Sequence record: OL615011
DNA: 64,000 bases
Strand: one strand, 5' to 3'
Origin: Shigella phage vB_SboS_Gloob
Part shown: positions 52,235 through 62,116 of the stretch, piece by piece
Layout of the letters: each line of letters opens with the position of its first letter
Numbering within the stretch: the stretch's first letter is position 1
The notes under the pieces: generated by a model
The model's database searches: none
Seen by the model: the letters and a program-made list of their open reading frames with translations, nothing else
Told to the model about the DNA's origin: nothing
Translations under genes and position numbers: made by a program

Positions 52235-55200
52235 TTATGCCAGAGCAATCAAACGGAAATCTTTGAATGATGGCGGCGCTGTACGGTTGCCTCTCACCAG
52301 CAGGCGGATCTTCAGGCCAACAAACGGATTGGTGCTGTCCACAGTCTTGTCATATTCGTATTCAAAGAATGTGGAACCATCGTTGACCAGAGGGGATGTT
52401 GGAGTCACGGTTTCCCATGCCACGTCATCCATCTCCTGACCAGCGCGGAGCAGTTTCACCTGTACAGTCATTGAAGACTGAGAAGGCAGCATCGCACCGA
52501 AGTATTGCTTCAGGGTGGTGCAAGGGTTATCGAAGCCGATATCCTTGGTCACATAACTGAACACGTCTTCAAACGGATCCACCCCGTAGGTGTTGAAGAT
52601 GATAGTGAAATCATCTCCATCGATCATCGGAGCCGTGTACACGTTGCTTTCGTTACGCGTCATTGTCGCCCGCACCTGGAAGTCACCCACTTGACGATAG
52701 ATCCCTTCCGTCGGCAGCGGTACGTCCGTATCGGATTCGAACTCAGCCCAATCAGAGAATGAGTTGGAGGTCGCATCGCGGTAACGGTATTCCAGTTTCA
52801 ACACAGATCCTTCCAGCGCAGAGTTGGTGACACTTGCATAGAACATGTCCACCAAGTAGTTACCCAGGAACGACGCCTCTTCCCCGCCGATCTGGCCGTC
52901 AGAGTCCGCGTTGGAACTCAGCACGACTTTGAAGCTGGTGAATGAAGCATCAGTTACAGTGTGCTGGGTGTTCAGCTGCTCCGGTGTGAATCCACAGCCG
53001 CCAGTCAGACCAGACAGCGTCACACTCTCACCAGCAGTCAGGCCATGGCCTGGTGCGTACACGGTAACAGTGGAAGAACCGCTCACGCAGTTGACCATGT
53101 TCAAGCCCAGCGGACGGATCTTCGGACCGACCTTGGCATCGAAGGTCACGATGTTATCACCAGCACTGAAGTTGCAGCGATATACACGGAACTTCATATC
53201 GGCAGTCTGGTTTGGAGTCCAGGTCGTACCGTTTGAAGATGTGAAGAACACGCCAGTGTACGGCTGTTTGGCAATGAACTCGTTGGTCAGCAGGTTTTTC
53301 TTGCCCATCTCGGCGATGTACGCGTTGTAATCCTGGGTGTTGGCCAGTAGTACAATCGCGAATTCAGTCTGAGCCTGCAGATACACAGGGTAATCGAACT
53401 TGAACATCGTCGGCACAGAAGAGTCCGTGGAGATGGAGACTTCTGATGGGTTCAACGTCTTACGAGTGACCACAGTTGTCGCTGGAAGCCCGTTGCTCAT
53501 TTCACGTATTTCCAGAGTGATCGGGATATCTCGTGACTTGGTGGAGAAGAACACTTCGATCCCTTCGATGTACTCACCACCAATATTGGTAGCAACCATG
53601 AAGGATTGAGCAATCGGGTCTTTCCACTTCGCAACTTCAACCGTCTCCGTCTTGTTCTCTGTGGACTTGGTCGCAGTGTAACCCAGGACGCGAGTGTTGA
53701 CATAGGTCTTTTGAATGCCCTGTTTCTTACCGAAGGATTTGTGAACCGCTTCAGCATTGGTCAGGGTATCATCAGCAGACTTGCTGTCAACAGGGCTGTC
53801 GGTCAGACGGAAGACGTTGTCGCCCGTGTTGAACTTAACAGTCTCGTTCTGAGGAACTGCGAACACGCCTTTGATGTTGCCGTTGGCGTCAGTATTCAAC
53901 GCACCACCCAGGGAGCCGCCGTTGGGTGTACAGTACGCGCTAACATCACGTCCAGAGAAGAACGGATACACGCGAGTAAACGGACGCAGACCTGTGGCTT
54001 CGAAGTTGATGTTCGTTTTGCGCATGTATGGGATTACCTGCGTTTCAACGATCTGCTCGCCAGTCAGGGTAGTGGTCGTCTTGTCGGTGTACGTGTACGT
54101 GGTGACGTCACGGGTAGACACAGTCGTGCGGTAGCGGTAGCCCCACCATACGCCGCCTGCGCCATGCGGTTCCCACACACGCTCAGACACAGACACAGTA
54201 CGCCATGTGCCATACACGGAACCTTCTTTGATCGCGCCGCGTGTGTTGATCGTTTCGTTGATTACACGTGGAGCAACATAGTAGTTCTCGAACCAGTAGT
54301 CGGTGGTTGGGTTCAGTTTCAGGAAACCTTCCCAGTTGAACACCGCATATGGGTTCACGTTGATGGTCGTGGTCGCATAATCCTGGCGCACAGAGATCTC
54401 ACGGGTGTAGTTGCATACAACCATGCCATCCTGAACGTTGTTCCAGCCCACTGGCGTCAGGTCAACCGCATTCTGCTGAACGAACGGGCGTAGGCGACCA
54501 TTGTCAGTGTCGATTGAACCTACCCAGTCAGCGGACAAATCGTCGATCAGACGGAAGTCTTTGAACGGGTCGGCAGCGATACCGTTTTTGAAGCGCGGGT
54601 TGCCAGTGATCGGGTCGAACACCTGCTGAGTCATAGCTGAAGATTCCAGCTGTGACAGTGAGGTGTAGTATTCAACATTGGAGATACGGGTCTCCAGTTT
54701 ACCGATATCACGCATCGTGTAACGACGGTTGTCGATGGTACGAATCTGAATATCGTCGATGTTGGCCGTGTAAGGCGGGATCATCAATTCGTACAGACGC
54801 ATGCCGTTGTCTGGGATCGCAGGCGAAGCCAGGTTGTTGGAACTCACACCACGCGCAACGTTAAACACGCCGTTGTCGGCCAGATACACGGCATCAATAC
54901 GAGGCAGATAGTACTCCGCATCGAGGACGATGGCAGTGTTCGGGCGAACCATGTCCGTGTCGGACGCTCCGCTGGTGATCTTAGGACGGAAGTCCAGGCT
55001 GTCTGCCAGACCATACACAGTACCAGAACTGGATGAAACATAGTTCGGGATGTCTTGGTAGTCGATAGACGAATAGGAGTCCGCCGTAAAGAAGTCACCG
55101 GAGCTGTGGGCGAAATACTGATACACCACCGTGAACACGCCTGAGATGGCTCCAGTAGACGATACGAGGTTAGAACGGTAGTACGCCGCATCGCGCTGGC

Positions 55201-57073
55201 CGCCGTCCAGAGTGAAGTTCGAGGTGACGTCAGCGCCATTTGCGTTCTTCACGCTGACCAGTTTGTAGCCGTCGTGATTGTTCAGCTGTACGCTGGCCGC
55301 CGAAGTGAACGTTGCGGTCTCGGTGACTTCGGTCACAGTCTTTGTCTTGATCGTTGCTGTGGTACGCACCATCAGAGCCAACAGGTTGATGGATTGGTTG
55401 GCATAGCCAGCACCCAAAGAGATCTGGAGAGCAGAACCCACTGGTGTACCTGTCAGAGACAGTCCTGAAGAAATATCGAACTGAGCTGCAGTGCCATCTG
55501 CCTTCGCCGCCGAATACAAAGAGAATTCAGGACTGAAGCTGTAGCCCAGAGGAGCAGAGATAGAGCCTGTGCCTGCCGCACTCAACGTGATCTTGTTTGA
55601 CCGCAGGACGGTGTAGTTGATATCAATGGTTCCAGTAGGAGCCAAGGTCTTCACGCCGAATACAGGCAGAGGGAAGATCAGGTCAATCGCCGAACTCTGG
55701 CTGAACTGATTAGACTCCAGTTCGCAAGAGAACATTGTTGTACCGCTTTCTTCATAAGCGACTTTGGTCACCGTGCCCATGTCCCCAGTCACGACCAGAT
55801 CACGCATGTACAGACGGAATTCAGTACCGGAGCGCTCTGCTGAAATCAGCAGCGCCGTTGCCTGGGTCACGCTCGAAGCGTTCAGGAACTTGTAACGGAT
55901 TGTGCGAGAGACAACCGGAACCCCTTTGGAGTTCTTGGACACCAGATAGTTGCCAGTCGCAACAGCCACAGGGTTGTTGTTCAGGGTATCAGTGTCACGG
56001 GCTTTATCAATGGTGACCAGCTCTTCGCCGAGGTTTTCGATACGACGGCCACGAACGTAGGAGATCCCTGGCTTCATGACCGCCACGAATTTGCTTGCGT
56101 CACCACCTTCAGCCGGAGTGTACACGCCGCCGTTGTTGTTCTCTTTCAGATGTTCACGCAGGTCGATCTGATGCGTAGACACGTTGTAGTCACCATTGGT
56201 CTCATAGGTACGCTGAGCCATGGTGTCTTCGAGGATGTTGTACGTTGACTGGGTGACCATGGACTGAATGCGACCGTCTTTCACCTTCGCCAGTTCAACG
56301 AAGTCGGCCACTTCTTCATCATAACCGTAGCGAGACAACACGAGGTCGACGCGCAGGCGATGCGCGCCAGGCGCTTTAGAGTTCGGAGTACCCTGCGCAT
56401 TGGAATACAGGCTTTCGTCTTCTGCTTCTGTAACAATGGTTTCTGTTACTTTGAATCCAACGCGGTGTGAAGTAGAGTTGGACGCGTTATCTACGATCAG
56501 AGTAGCTGGTTCAACATCTAGGAACATACCACGAACAAAATAAACACCCTTTGTCATGCGAGCAACAATCGAACCGCCAACAGTAGCAGCCACACCATAG
56601 CCGACGCGGATGAAGTTATCGTTCACGTCGTAGGTGTTGAAGTACAGGTTATCCCCAGCTTCGAAACCGTCTGAACTACCACTCTCAGTCATCTCTAAGA
56701 TGGCATACATTGTATCCGGCTCAGCCAGGTAACGTTCCAGAGACAGGACGCGTGCTTTCGCATTGTTGTCCTTGCCCAGAACATAGAGTTCGGAGATACC
56801 TTCCAGATCAGTGAACTCGCTACCACCAGCCAGAGTGAACTTCATGGACACTGCGGTGTTGGTGATTGTCAGACCGCCGGGAATAACCATAGATCCTTCT
56901 TTGAAAAGATGGTTGCCGATCTTTTCAAGCTGGTCTTGGAAGATAGTCTGAAGCTGGTTCAGTTCACGCGTCTGTACTTTGATAGGAGCCGGACGGAACA
57001 GGATGCGTGAAAAACGCTTCTCTGGATTCCAGTCATCCCAGTACGGGCGGCGGTTGAGGTTCATTTCTTGCAT
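52235..57073 (-). CDS. giant virion structural protein (1613 aa), probable tail or baseplate-associated fibre component
   Basis: ORF track 52235..57337 runs upstream into the neighbouring gene; start moved to MQEMNLN preceded by GGAG; Thr/Ser/Gly-rich low-complexity stretches. Confidence 0.6.
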   Translation of the reverse strand: MQEMNLNRRPYWDDWNPEKRFSRILFRPAPIKVQTRELNQLQTIFQDQLEKIGNHLFKEGSMVIPGGLTITNTAVSMKFTLAGGSEFTDLEGISELYVLGKDNNAKARVLSLERYLAEPDTMYAILEMTESGSSDGFEAGDNLYFNTYDVNDNFIRVGYGVAATVGGSIVARMTKGVYFVRGMFLDVEPATLIVDNASNSTSHRVGFKVTETIVTEAEDESLYSNAQGTPNSKAPGAHRLRVDLVLSRYGYDEEVADFVELAKVKDGRIQSMVTQSTYNILEDTMAQRTYETNGDYNVSTHQIDLREHLKENNNGGVYTPAEGGDASKFVAVMKPGISYVRGRRIENLGEELVTIDKARDTDTLNNNPVAVATGNYLVSKNSKGVPVVSRTIRYKFLNASSVTQATALLISAERSGTEFRLYMRDLVVTGDMGTVTKVAYEESGTTMFSCELESNQFSQSSAIDLIFPLPVFGVKTLAPTGTIDINYTVLRSNKITLSAAGTGSISAPLGYSFSPEFSLYSAAKADGTAAQFDISSGLSLTGTPVGSALQISLGAGYANQSINLLALMVRTTATIKTKTVTEVTETATFTSAASVQLNNHDGYKLVSVKNANGADVTSNFTLDGGQRDAAYYRSNLVSSTGAISGVFTVVYQYFAHSSGDFFTADSYSSIDYQDIPNYVSSSSGTVYGLADSLDFRPKITSGASDTDMVRPNTAIVLDAEYYLPRIDAVYLADNGVFNVARGVSSNNLASPAIPDNGMRLYELMIPPYTANIDDIQIRTIDNRRYTMRDIGKLETRISNVEYYTSLSQLESSAMTQQVFDPITGNPRFKNGIAADPFKDFRLIDDLSADWVGSIDTDNGRLRPFVQQNAVDLTPVGWNNVQDGMVVCNYTREISVRQDYATTTINVNPYAVFNWEGFLKLNPTTDYWFENYYVAPRVINETINTRGAIKEGSVYGTWRTVSVSERVWEPHGAGGVWWGYRYRTTVSTRDVTTYTYTDKTTTTLTGEQIVETQVIPYMRKTNINFEATGLRPFTRVYPFFSGRDVSAYCTPNGGSLGGALNTDANGNIKGVFAVPQNETVKFNTGDNVFRLTDSPVDSKSADDTLTNAEAVHKSFGKKQGIQKTYVNTRVLGYTATKSTENKTETVEVAKWKDPIAQSFMVATNIGGEYIEGIEVFFSTKSRDIPITLEIREMSNGLPATTVVTRKTLNPSEVSISTDSSVPTMFKFDYPVYLQAQTEFAIVLLANTQDYNAYIAEMGKKNLLTNEFIAKQPYTGVFFTSSNGTTWTPNQTADMKFRVYRCNFSAGDNIVTFDAKVGPKIRPLGLNMVNCVSGSSTVTVYAPGHGLTAGESVTLSGLTGGCGFTPEQLNTQHTVTDASFTSFKVVLSSNADSDGQIGGEEASFLGNYLVDMFYASVTNSALEGSVLKLEYRYRDATSNSFSDWAEFESDTDVPLPTEGIYRQVGDFQVRATMTRNESNVYTAPMIDGDDFTIIFNTYGVDPFEDVFSYVTKDIGFDNPCTTLKQYFGAMLPSQSSMTVQVKLLRAGQEMDDVAWETVTPTSPLVNDGSTFFEYEYDKTVDSTNPFVGLKIRLLVRGNRTAPPSFKDFRLIALA

Positions 57074-57106
57074 TTTGATGCTCCATCGATAGGTGCCATT
57101 ATAGAC

Positions 57107-57116
57107 ATATTTAGTA
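57107..57116 (-). promoter_or_regulatory. late-promoter-like motif (weaker variant TACTAAATAT) upstream of the giant structural gene
   Basis: Lies between a terminator hairpin and the GGAG-ATG start. Confidence 0.35.
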
Positions 57117-57145
57117 TACAGCCAACCGAGGAATAGAAAGAAATA

Positions 57146-57163
57146 AGCCCTCCGAAGAGGGCT
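57146..57163 (-). terminator. rho-independent terminator downstream of tailspike gene A
   Basis: agccctccgaagagggct stem-loop followed by TATTTCTTTC on the minus strand. Confidence 0.55.
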
Positions 57164-57168
57164 CTGAT

Positions 57169-59631
57169 TTAGTTGACAGAATCCAGCATCGACAAACATT
57201 TCAGCTGAACTTGCACAACACTTTCGTTGGTCACGGCTGGAACAGTCAACCCAGATGCAGATATGCCGAAATTCGCTATGAAGCCTGTGGTCTGACTCCG
57301 CACGACATCTGTACCCGTGCCGCTCCCACCGTTGCAAGCAAACTGGGTCTGTTTCGAACCGAAAGCATCACCATTACCACTTACACATAACTGCCAAACT
57401 CCGCGAGGAAGAGTTCCCGGTATTGTTATGGAAGCCGCCCCCGCAGGCCTGGTGAATTTAATATTTTCAAAGAAAATAGTATCTTCAATTGTAGCCGTGT
57501 TTCGTGTTCCGAAACTCAGTGCCTGGTTTCCAACAAAACTGATGGATGTGCGACTGTCAAGAACAAAGCTAGACAAAAGCCCAGTCTGTGCTGTGACGTT
57601 ACAGTCGACGATGTTGCCGTGTGCAGTGACCGCTTTCGGAATACCCTGAATTTTGTAACCAACAGTCCGGTAATTCAGAGAAAGGTTATTCAATTGTTTA
57701 ACAGTATTCCCGATCATCTTGACTTTCTGGCCGCGATAAACCTGACCAGAAGTTGCCCCCGCATTAACGCAAATCCCCTCCGTTTTGTTATTAGAGGTAT
57801 TGCATTTCATGACCACGGTATTATGGCTGATGTCTATATCGTTGTAAACAAAGTACGAGCTGTCCCCCGCACCAGTTGCTATGGAAACACCGTCGACAGA
57901 ACGGAGTTCGCAATAGTTGTTTAGCACTTTCACGAAAGGTTCAGGATAAGTTGTGCTCGTGGGTTCACCCCCGCCCCCGACGTCGATAGACCTGGTATAC
58001 TTCGCCCCAATCAATGGACCCGTGGTCTCACTGTCTGGAATGTCGCGAGAACGGACGTAGTTGTTTGCAATTATCAGGTTATACGGCTCATAATTTGGAC
58101 TCCAGCCGACGCCACATTTGGCATAAATACCCACAACGCCGTGTTCTAAACATTGGTTTCCCGTGATGATCGCTTGTCCACCACCATGGAAATCAATACA
58201 TTTTCTACGACAATTTTGGATCTGATTGTTGGTGACTGTAACGTTTCTGACTCGGCGGTTTCGGCCGTGTGTAATGCCATACCCAGGGTCATAACTGGCG
58301 TTGACCAAGTCATCACCGGATGGATGCCCGATATCATTAATGACGTTGGCGTCGTAGTTCAGGCGATAACCAGATAGCACATAAATGCCGCCACTGTAGC
58401 ATTTACTGATAGTAGAATTGACCACCAAAATACCGTTCGGTACGTCTGAATCCACGGTGTAGTCGGCTGTCCCATAAGCAACAGCGGCGTTCCTGATACC
58501 GATACCAACCCCAGCAAAGTTGAATCCGGTTATATGACAGTTATTAATCAAAATGCCACGACATGCTCTCTGCACTTTAATCCCACACGCCCAGCTTCCG
58601 ATGTAACCACCAAGGAAAGTGCCCCAAGTGCTCCTCCAACCCGCAATTTGGGTGCCTGCGGAGTCGTAGGAAGGGAACTGCCCAGATACACCAGAATAAG
58701 CACCACTAGTGTAAGCAGAACTGTCAACTGAATTGTTGGGTCCTGTGATTTGAGCTGAATCATACCCAAAGCCAGTTTCACCTTTCTCTGCATACCCGGT
58801 GGTTGGGTCTATCGCTGGGAAAATGCTGGGTCCGGTTATCGTCAGTTGCACAGTAACGTTTTCACAATTAACTAATGATAAAGCGTCAAGTCCGTGTGTA
58901 TTGACTTTAATCGAACCATTGAATACCTTTATCCCTTTCTTGTTCACGAGCGCTAAACAAGGGCTGAAGTTTCTTGTTCCATCAGAAAAGTCAGATTCAC
59001 CGGGATATTTGTTAGCCAACGCAGGATTTTTGGACACGAGGTAATTTCCTCCACCCAAATTCAAATCCCCAGAAACTGATTCAAAGAAAGCTTGGAGGGC
59101 TAACGTGTCGTCCGTGCTACCATCACCGATAGCACCGAAGTCTTTTGGAGTCAAAATTCTTTTGGCTGGGTTAGATTGTAAAACCCAGGTAGAAGAAGAA
59201 ATGCCTCCTGTGTTAGAGACTGTGTCGTTCGCCGATACCGTCTTCGGCAGAGAACCCGCCCAACGATACAATTCCTTCCCGTCACTCACCAATTCGTTCT
59301 TGACGCGGATAGTGAATCCAGACGTAAAGTTTTCGACCAGAGTAACGAACTCCCCACGTATTACAGCCAAAGCACCCAGGTCGACAGTGCCCGTATTGTG
59401 TACAAGAATGCCGTCTGTCAGGCTGGTGATGGTAGCGCCAGCAGGCAGGTTAGAAGGTAGTGCATAGGAGCGCTGAGTGACCTTATCGTAGATTACCTTG
59501 TAACCAGTCAGGGTGGAACCTGGTTTAGCATACAGAACTTCGGACTTCTTGCATCCAAACTTGCGAGCAATGGAGTCCTTGTTTGTCTCTTTGGAGACAG
59601 AGCCTTTCGGCTGTGAAAATTGCGGATTCAT
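57169..59631 (-). CDS. tailspike protein A with pectate-lyase-like right-handed beta-helix
   Basis: DFGAIGDGSTDDTLALQ motif after the shared YRWAGSLPKTV...TGGI...W segment; ORF track 57169..59670, start moved to the ATG preceded by AGGAGA. Confidence 0.7.
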   Translation of the reverse strand: MNPQFSQPKGSVSKETNKDSIARKFGCKKSEVLYAKPGSTLTGYKVIYDKVTQRSYALPSNLPAGATITSLTDGILVHNTGTVDLGALAVIRGEFVTLVENFTSGFTIRVKNELVSDGKELYRWAGSLPKTVSANDTVSNTGGISSSTWVLQSNPAKRILTPKDFGAIGDGSTDDTLALQAFFESVSGDLNLGGGNYLVSKNPALANKYPGESDFSDGTRNFSPCLALVNKKGIKVFNGSIKVNTHGLDALSLVNCENVTVQLTITGPSIFPAIDPTTGYAEKGETGFGYDSAQITGPNNSVDSSAYTSGAYSGVSGQFPSYDSAGTQIAGWRSTWGTFLGGYIGSWACGIKVQRACRGILINNCHITGFNFAGVGIGIRNAAVAYGTADYTVDSDVPNGILVVNSTISKCYSGGIYVLSGYRLNYDANVINDIGHPSGDDLVNASYDPGYGITHGRNRRVRNVTVTNNQIQNCRRKCIDFHGGGQAIITGNQCLEHGVVGIYAKCGVGWSPNYEPYNLIIANNYVRSRDIPDSETTGPLIGAKYTRSIDVGGGGEPTSTTYPEPFVKVLNNYCELRSVDGVSIATGAGDSSYFVYNDIDISHNTVVMKCNTSNNKTEGICVNAGATSGQVYRGQKVKMIGNTVKQLNNLSLNYRTVGYKIQGIPKAVTAHGNIVDCNVTAQTGLLSSFVLDSRTSISFVGNQALSFGTRNTATIEDTIFFENIKFTRPAGAASITIPGTLPRGVWQLCVSGNGDAFGSKQTQFACNGGSGTGTDVVRSQTTGFIANFGISASGLTVPAVTNESVVQVQLKCLSMLDSVN

Positions 59632-59664
59632 AACGAATCTCCTGTTGTTATTCTCAATGGAAAG

Positions 59665-59687
59665 CCCCACTTAGTTAATAAGTGGGG
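59665..59687 (-). terminator. hairpin between tailspike genes B and A
   Basis: ccccacttagttaataagtgggg stem-loop in the intergenic region. Confidence 0.4.
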
Positions 59688-59709
59688 AAAGGAAAGGTGT
59701 AAAATTAAT

Positions 59710-61932
59710 TTAAGAAGATGCAGACCATTGTGGCATGCTGAGTGTCCACTTACCAATTGACGTCCAATAAGTAGCAGTAAATGTAGCAGTCTTAGTTGTG
59801 GCAGTATTCGCACCCGTAACATCAACAGGAACACCTGCAAAACTCAAAGATGCAATGTTACTACCACGAACCAACATATTAATTTTTTGCCCGTTATACG
59901 GTGTTCCAGACACTGTGATATTCAAACCGGAAGTCACATTTAGATAATATAATGCGTATCCCTGTCGGACATCTATAGGAAGTGTTCCAGCTGTATATTG
60001 TGCAAAGGATTGTGTACCACGGTCTACAGCCAAGCCGTCTGTGTTACCTATTGGGATAACGGTTCCGCCAGGGAATGCCCTAGCCCTTGGAATATAGGCG
60101 TAACATTGGCTTGCCCCAGAGAAATCAAACCAACGGGTTCTCAGTCCATTATTAGGAGCATGGATCACAGCCCCAACACAACCACGACCTCGATACATAC
60201 AGTCACCGATGGAATGACTATGATTTATACCGGCACAATAAAAGTCCCGGCTTCCTCCGCTTAGGTTGATATCAGCAATATCATTACGCTCAAAGTACAT
60301 TCCGTAGACGTTTGTTCCGTCTGCGCTGTCGTAAAGTCCAAACTGACTGGTGTTCTGGCTAAATCCACCTGTAATGCACACGGCAGATGTGGAAAAGGTA
60401 TTCACGTAATCGACATCAGTGCTTCCGTCAGTGCTGTTAAAAACTACGATGCCATAATCGCACTTGTTAGCAGGGTCGCCAGAGTATCCTCGATGGTCTT
60501 TAATCGTAATAGCATTCGGGCCATTAAGGACAAACAGACGTTTACCACCTATTCCACCGTTCAAAACCTCAGAGTTAGATATAATAACCCCATAACTCAT
60601 AAACTCGATTCTAATTCCGGTGTTTCCTGTTCCTAGCCCCATATCAATCCAAGGGTCGAAAACACCAGTGTTGTTTCTGGCGCTGTATAAATGCAAGCCG
60701 ATACAGTTGTTAAACCCAGAAAGGTCAATACGTATATCGTGAGTCTTACAGTTTCGAATAAAGGCGCTATTAACGTCTAATGAAGAAGCTCGTGCTACAG
60801 TGACTCCATCCGCCCCAGCTTTAATTTTTGCATTGGGATGGAAAAATACTTGGGTGTTCTGACCGAATTTAATGGTTTCTGCTGCCGTTGATACGGTGTA
60901 GTCTCCTGCATTGAAATAAATCCCACCACCAGCGGCCAAAATTGTGTTGATTTCCGCGTTGGTCATCGTCGGATAGATGTTTTTCAACGGGAAAACGCCG
61001 GTTTTAACGGCATAATCATCGAAAATAGTACCACCATACCCGCTGCCAATTAATTTAGTTCCTATATCAGAAGCCAATTGGTCACGTAAAGAATTTTGGT
61101 CTACTCGTACCCAAGCATCAACATCAATACCACCAGTGGTAACTGGAGTAGATCCGGCTACCACAGTTTTAGGCAGCGTGCCTGCCCAACGATACAATTT
61201 ACCTTCTGCCTTATATCCGACAGACTGAGAAGCCGTAATAACAGTAGCACCAGCTTCAAACGTGCCTACCATAGGCAAACCAGATTCGGCAGCTAATCGA
61301 CTCAGGATAGGATCGAGAGCACCACTGAAATTACCAGAGGCTTGTTTAAGTGTATTAATCTCCTCTTGCACCGTCTGCCCAGAAGACGTACCAATCAGAC
61401 TTGCTCCTCCATCGGAAGAGAGCGCCAGGTAATTTTGTTTGATGGACATCTCGGCCACGACCCAAACCCCAGCCGCTGGTGAACCTGTAAGGAAACTCAC
61501 AACTCCTGTTGTGCTATTGTAGGTGTAGTCAACCCCAGGAACCTGGAACTTACCATCGATATACAGGGTCTGCACACCATATGTGGTGAAGTCGGGTGTG
61601 AACGTTGTTTCGTTGCCAACGGCCTGGAACTTGTAGATTCGGATCCCGTTTTCATAATCTTCTGGGGACAGGATCTTGTCAAACAGACAGTACACAACGT
61701 CTTCTGGTTCAAGAGATCGACCGAGGTTGACAGTGTTACCATCGATTTCATAATTGTCGACAGGAACCTGGACGCCGCCGTTGATGGTGATGAAGCCCGT
61801 AACAGGATAGAACGGGAGGGAGATAAACGTCTCTCCGCCCGTTGCGGTATAAGTGTATGGAATCTGGTGCGGGGCTGTTACAACCGCTCCAAAGATACTC
61901 TCGACGTTTCTGGTCATTTGAAGATACCCCAT
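59710..61932 (-). CDS. tailspike protein B
   Basis: Contains the shared KLYRWAGTLPKTV...TTGGIDVDAW segment; alternative ATG 15 nt downstream. Confidence 0.65.
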   Translation of the reverse strand: MGYLQMTRNVESIFGAVVTAPHQIPYTYTATGGETFISLPFYPVTGFITINGGVQVPVDNYEIDGNTVNLGRSLEPEDVVYCLFDKILSPEDYENGIRIYKFQAVGNETTFTPDFTTYGVQTLYIDGKFQVPGVDYTYNSTTGVVSFLTGSPAAGVWVVAEMSIKQNYLALSSDGGASLIGTSSGQTVQEEINTLKQASGNFSGALDPILSRLAAESGLPMVGTFEAGATVITASQSVGYKAEGKLYRWAGTLPKTVVAGSTPVTTGGIDVDAWVRVDQNSLRDQLASDIGTKLIGSGYGGTIFDDYAVKTGVFPLKNIYPTMTNAEINTILAAGGGIYFNAGDYTVSTAAETIKFGQNTQVFFHPNAKIKAGADGVTVARASSLDVNSAFIRNCKTHDIRIDLSGFNNCIGLHLYSARNNTGVFDPWIDMGLGTGNTGIRIEFMSYGVIISNSEVLNGGIGGKRLFVLNGPNAITIKDHRGYSGDPANKCDYGIVVFNSTDGSTDVDYVNTFSTSAVCITGGFSQNTSQFGLYDSADGTNVYGMYFERNDIADINLSGGSRDFYCAGINHSHSIGDCMYRGRGCVGAVIHAPNNGLRTRWFDFSGASQCYAYIPRARAFPGGTVIPIGNTDGLAVDRGTQSFAQYTAGTLPIDVRQGYALYYLNVTSGLNITVSGTPYNGQKINMLVRGSNIASLSFAGVPVDVTGANTATTKTATFTATYWTSIGKWTLSMPQWSASS

Positions 61933-61949
61933 AGAGGATTTGCCAATAT

Positions 61950-61962
61950 GGGGTATTTAGTG
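61950..61962 (-). promoter_or_regulatory. late-promoter-like motif CACTAAATACCCC upstream of tailspike B
   Basis: Motif forms one arm of an inverted repeat (ATACCCCAT / ATGGGGTAT) that includes the first ATG. Confidence 0.5.
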
Positions 61963-61971
61963 AATGGATAA

Positions 61972-61987
61972 GGAGTCGCAGGACTCC
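61972..61987 (-). terminator. hairpin downstream of tailspike gene C
   Basis: ggagtcgcaggactcc stem-loop just upstream of the late-promoter motif. Confidence 0.4.
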
Positions 61988-62116
61988 CACTTGTTTTATA
62001 TGATTACGAATTTACCCAGGCTGATATCGTTAATCAGCGTAGCCACTATGTTTGCCAGTTGGGTGGTTGTTAACGTGTTCACATGACCACGCAATTGCTG
62101 GCTACAACAATGATTG

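Noticed and set aside
57074-57337. N-terminal 88 codons of the ORF-track call 52235..57337
   Set aside because: The extension overlaps the 3' end of tailspike gene A and passes through a terminator hairpin and a promoter motif; an ATG with a GGAG ribosome-binding site at 57073 is the plausible start
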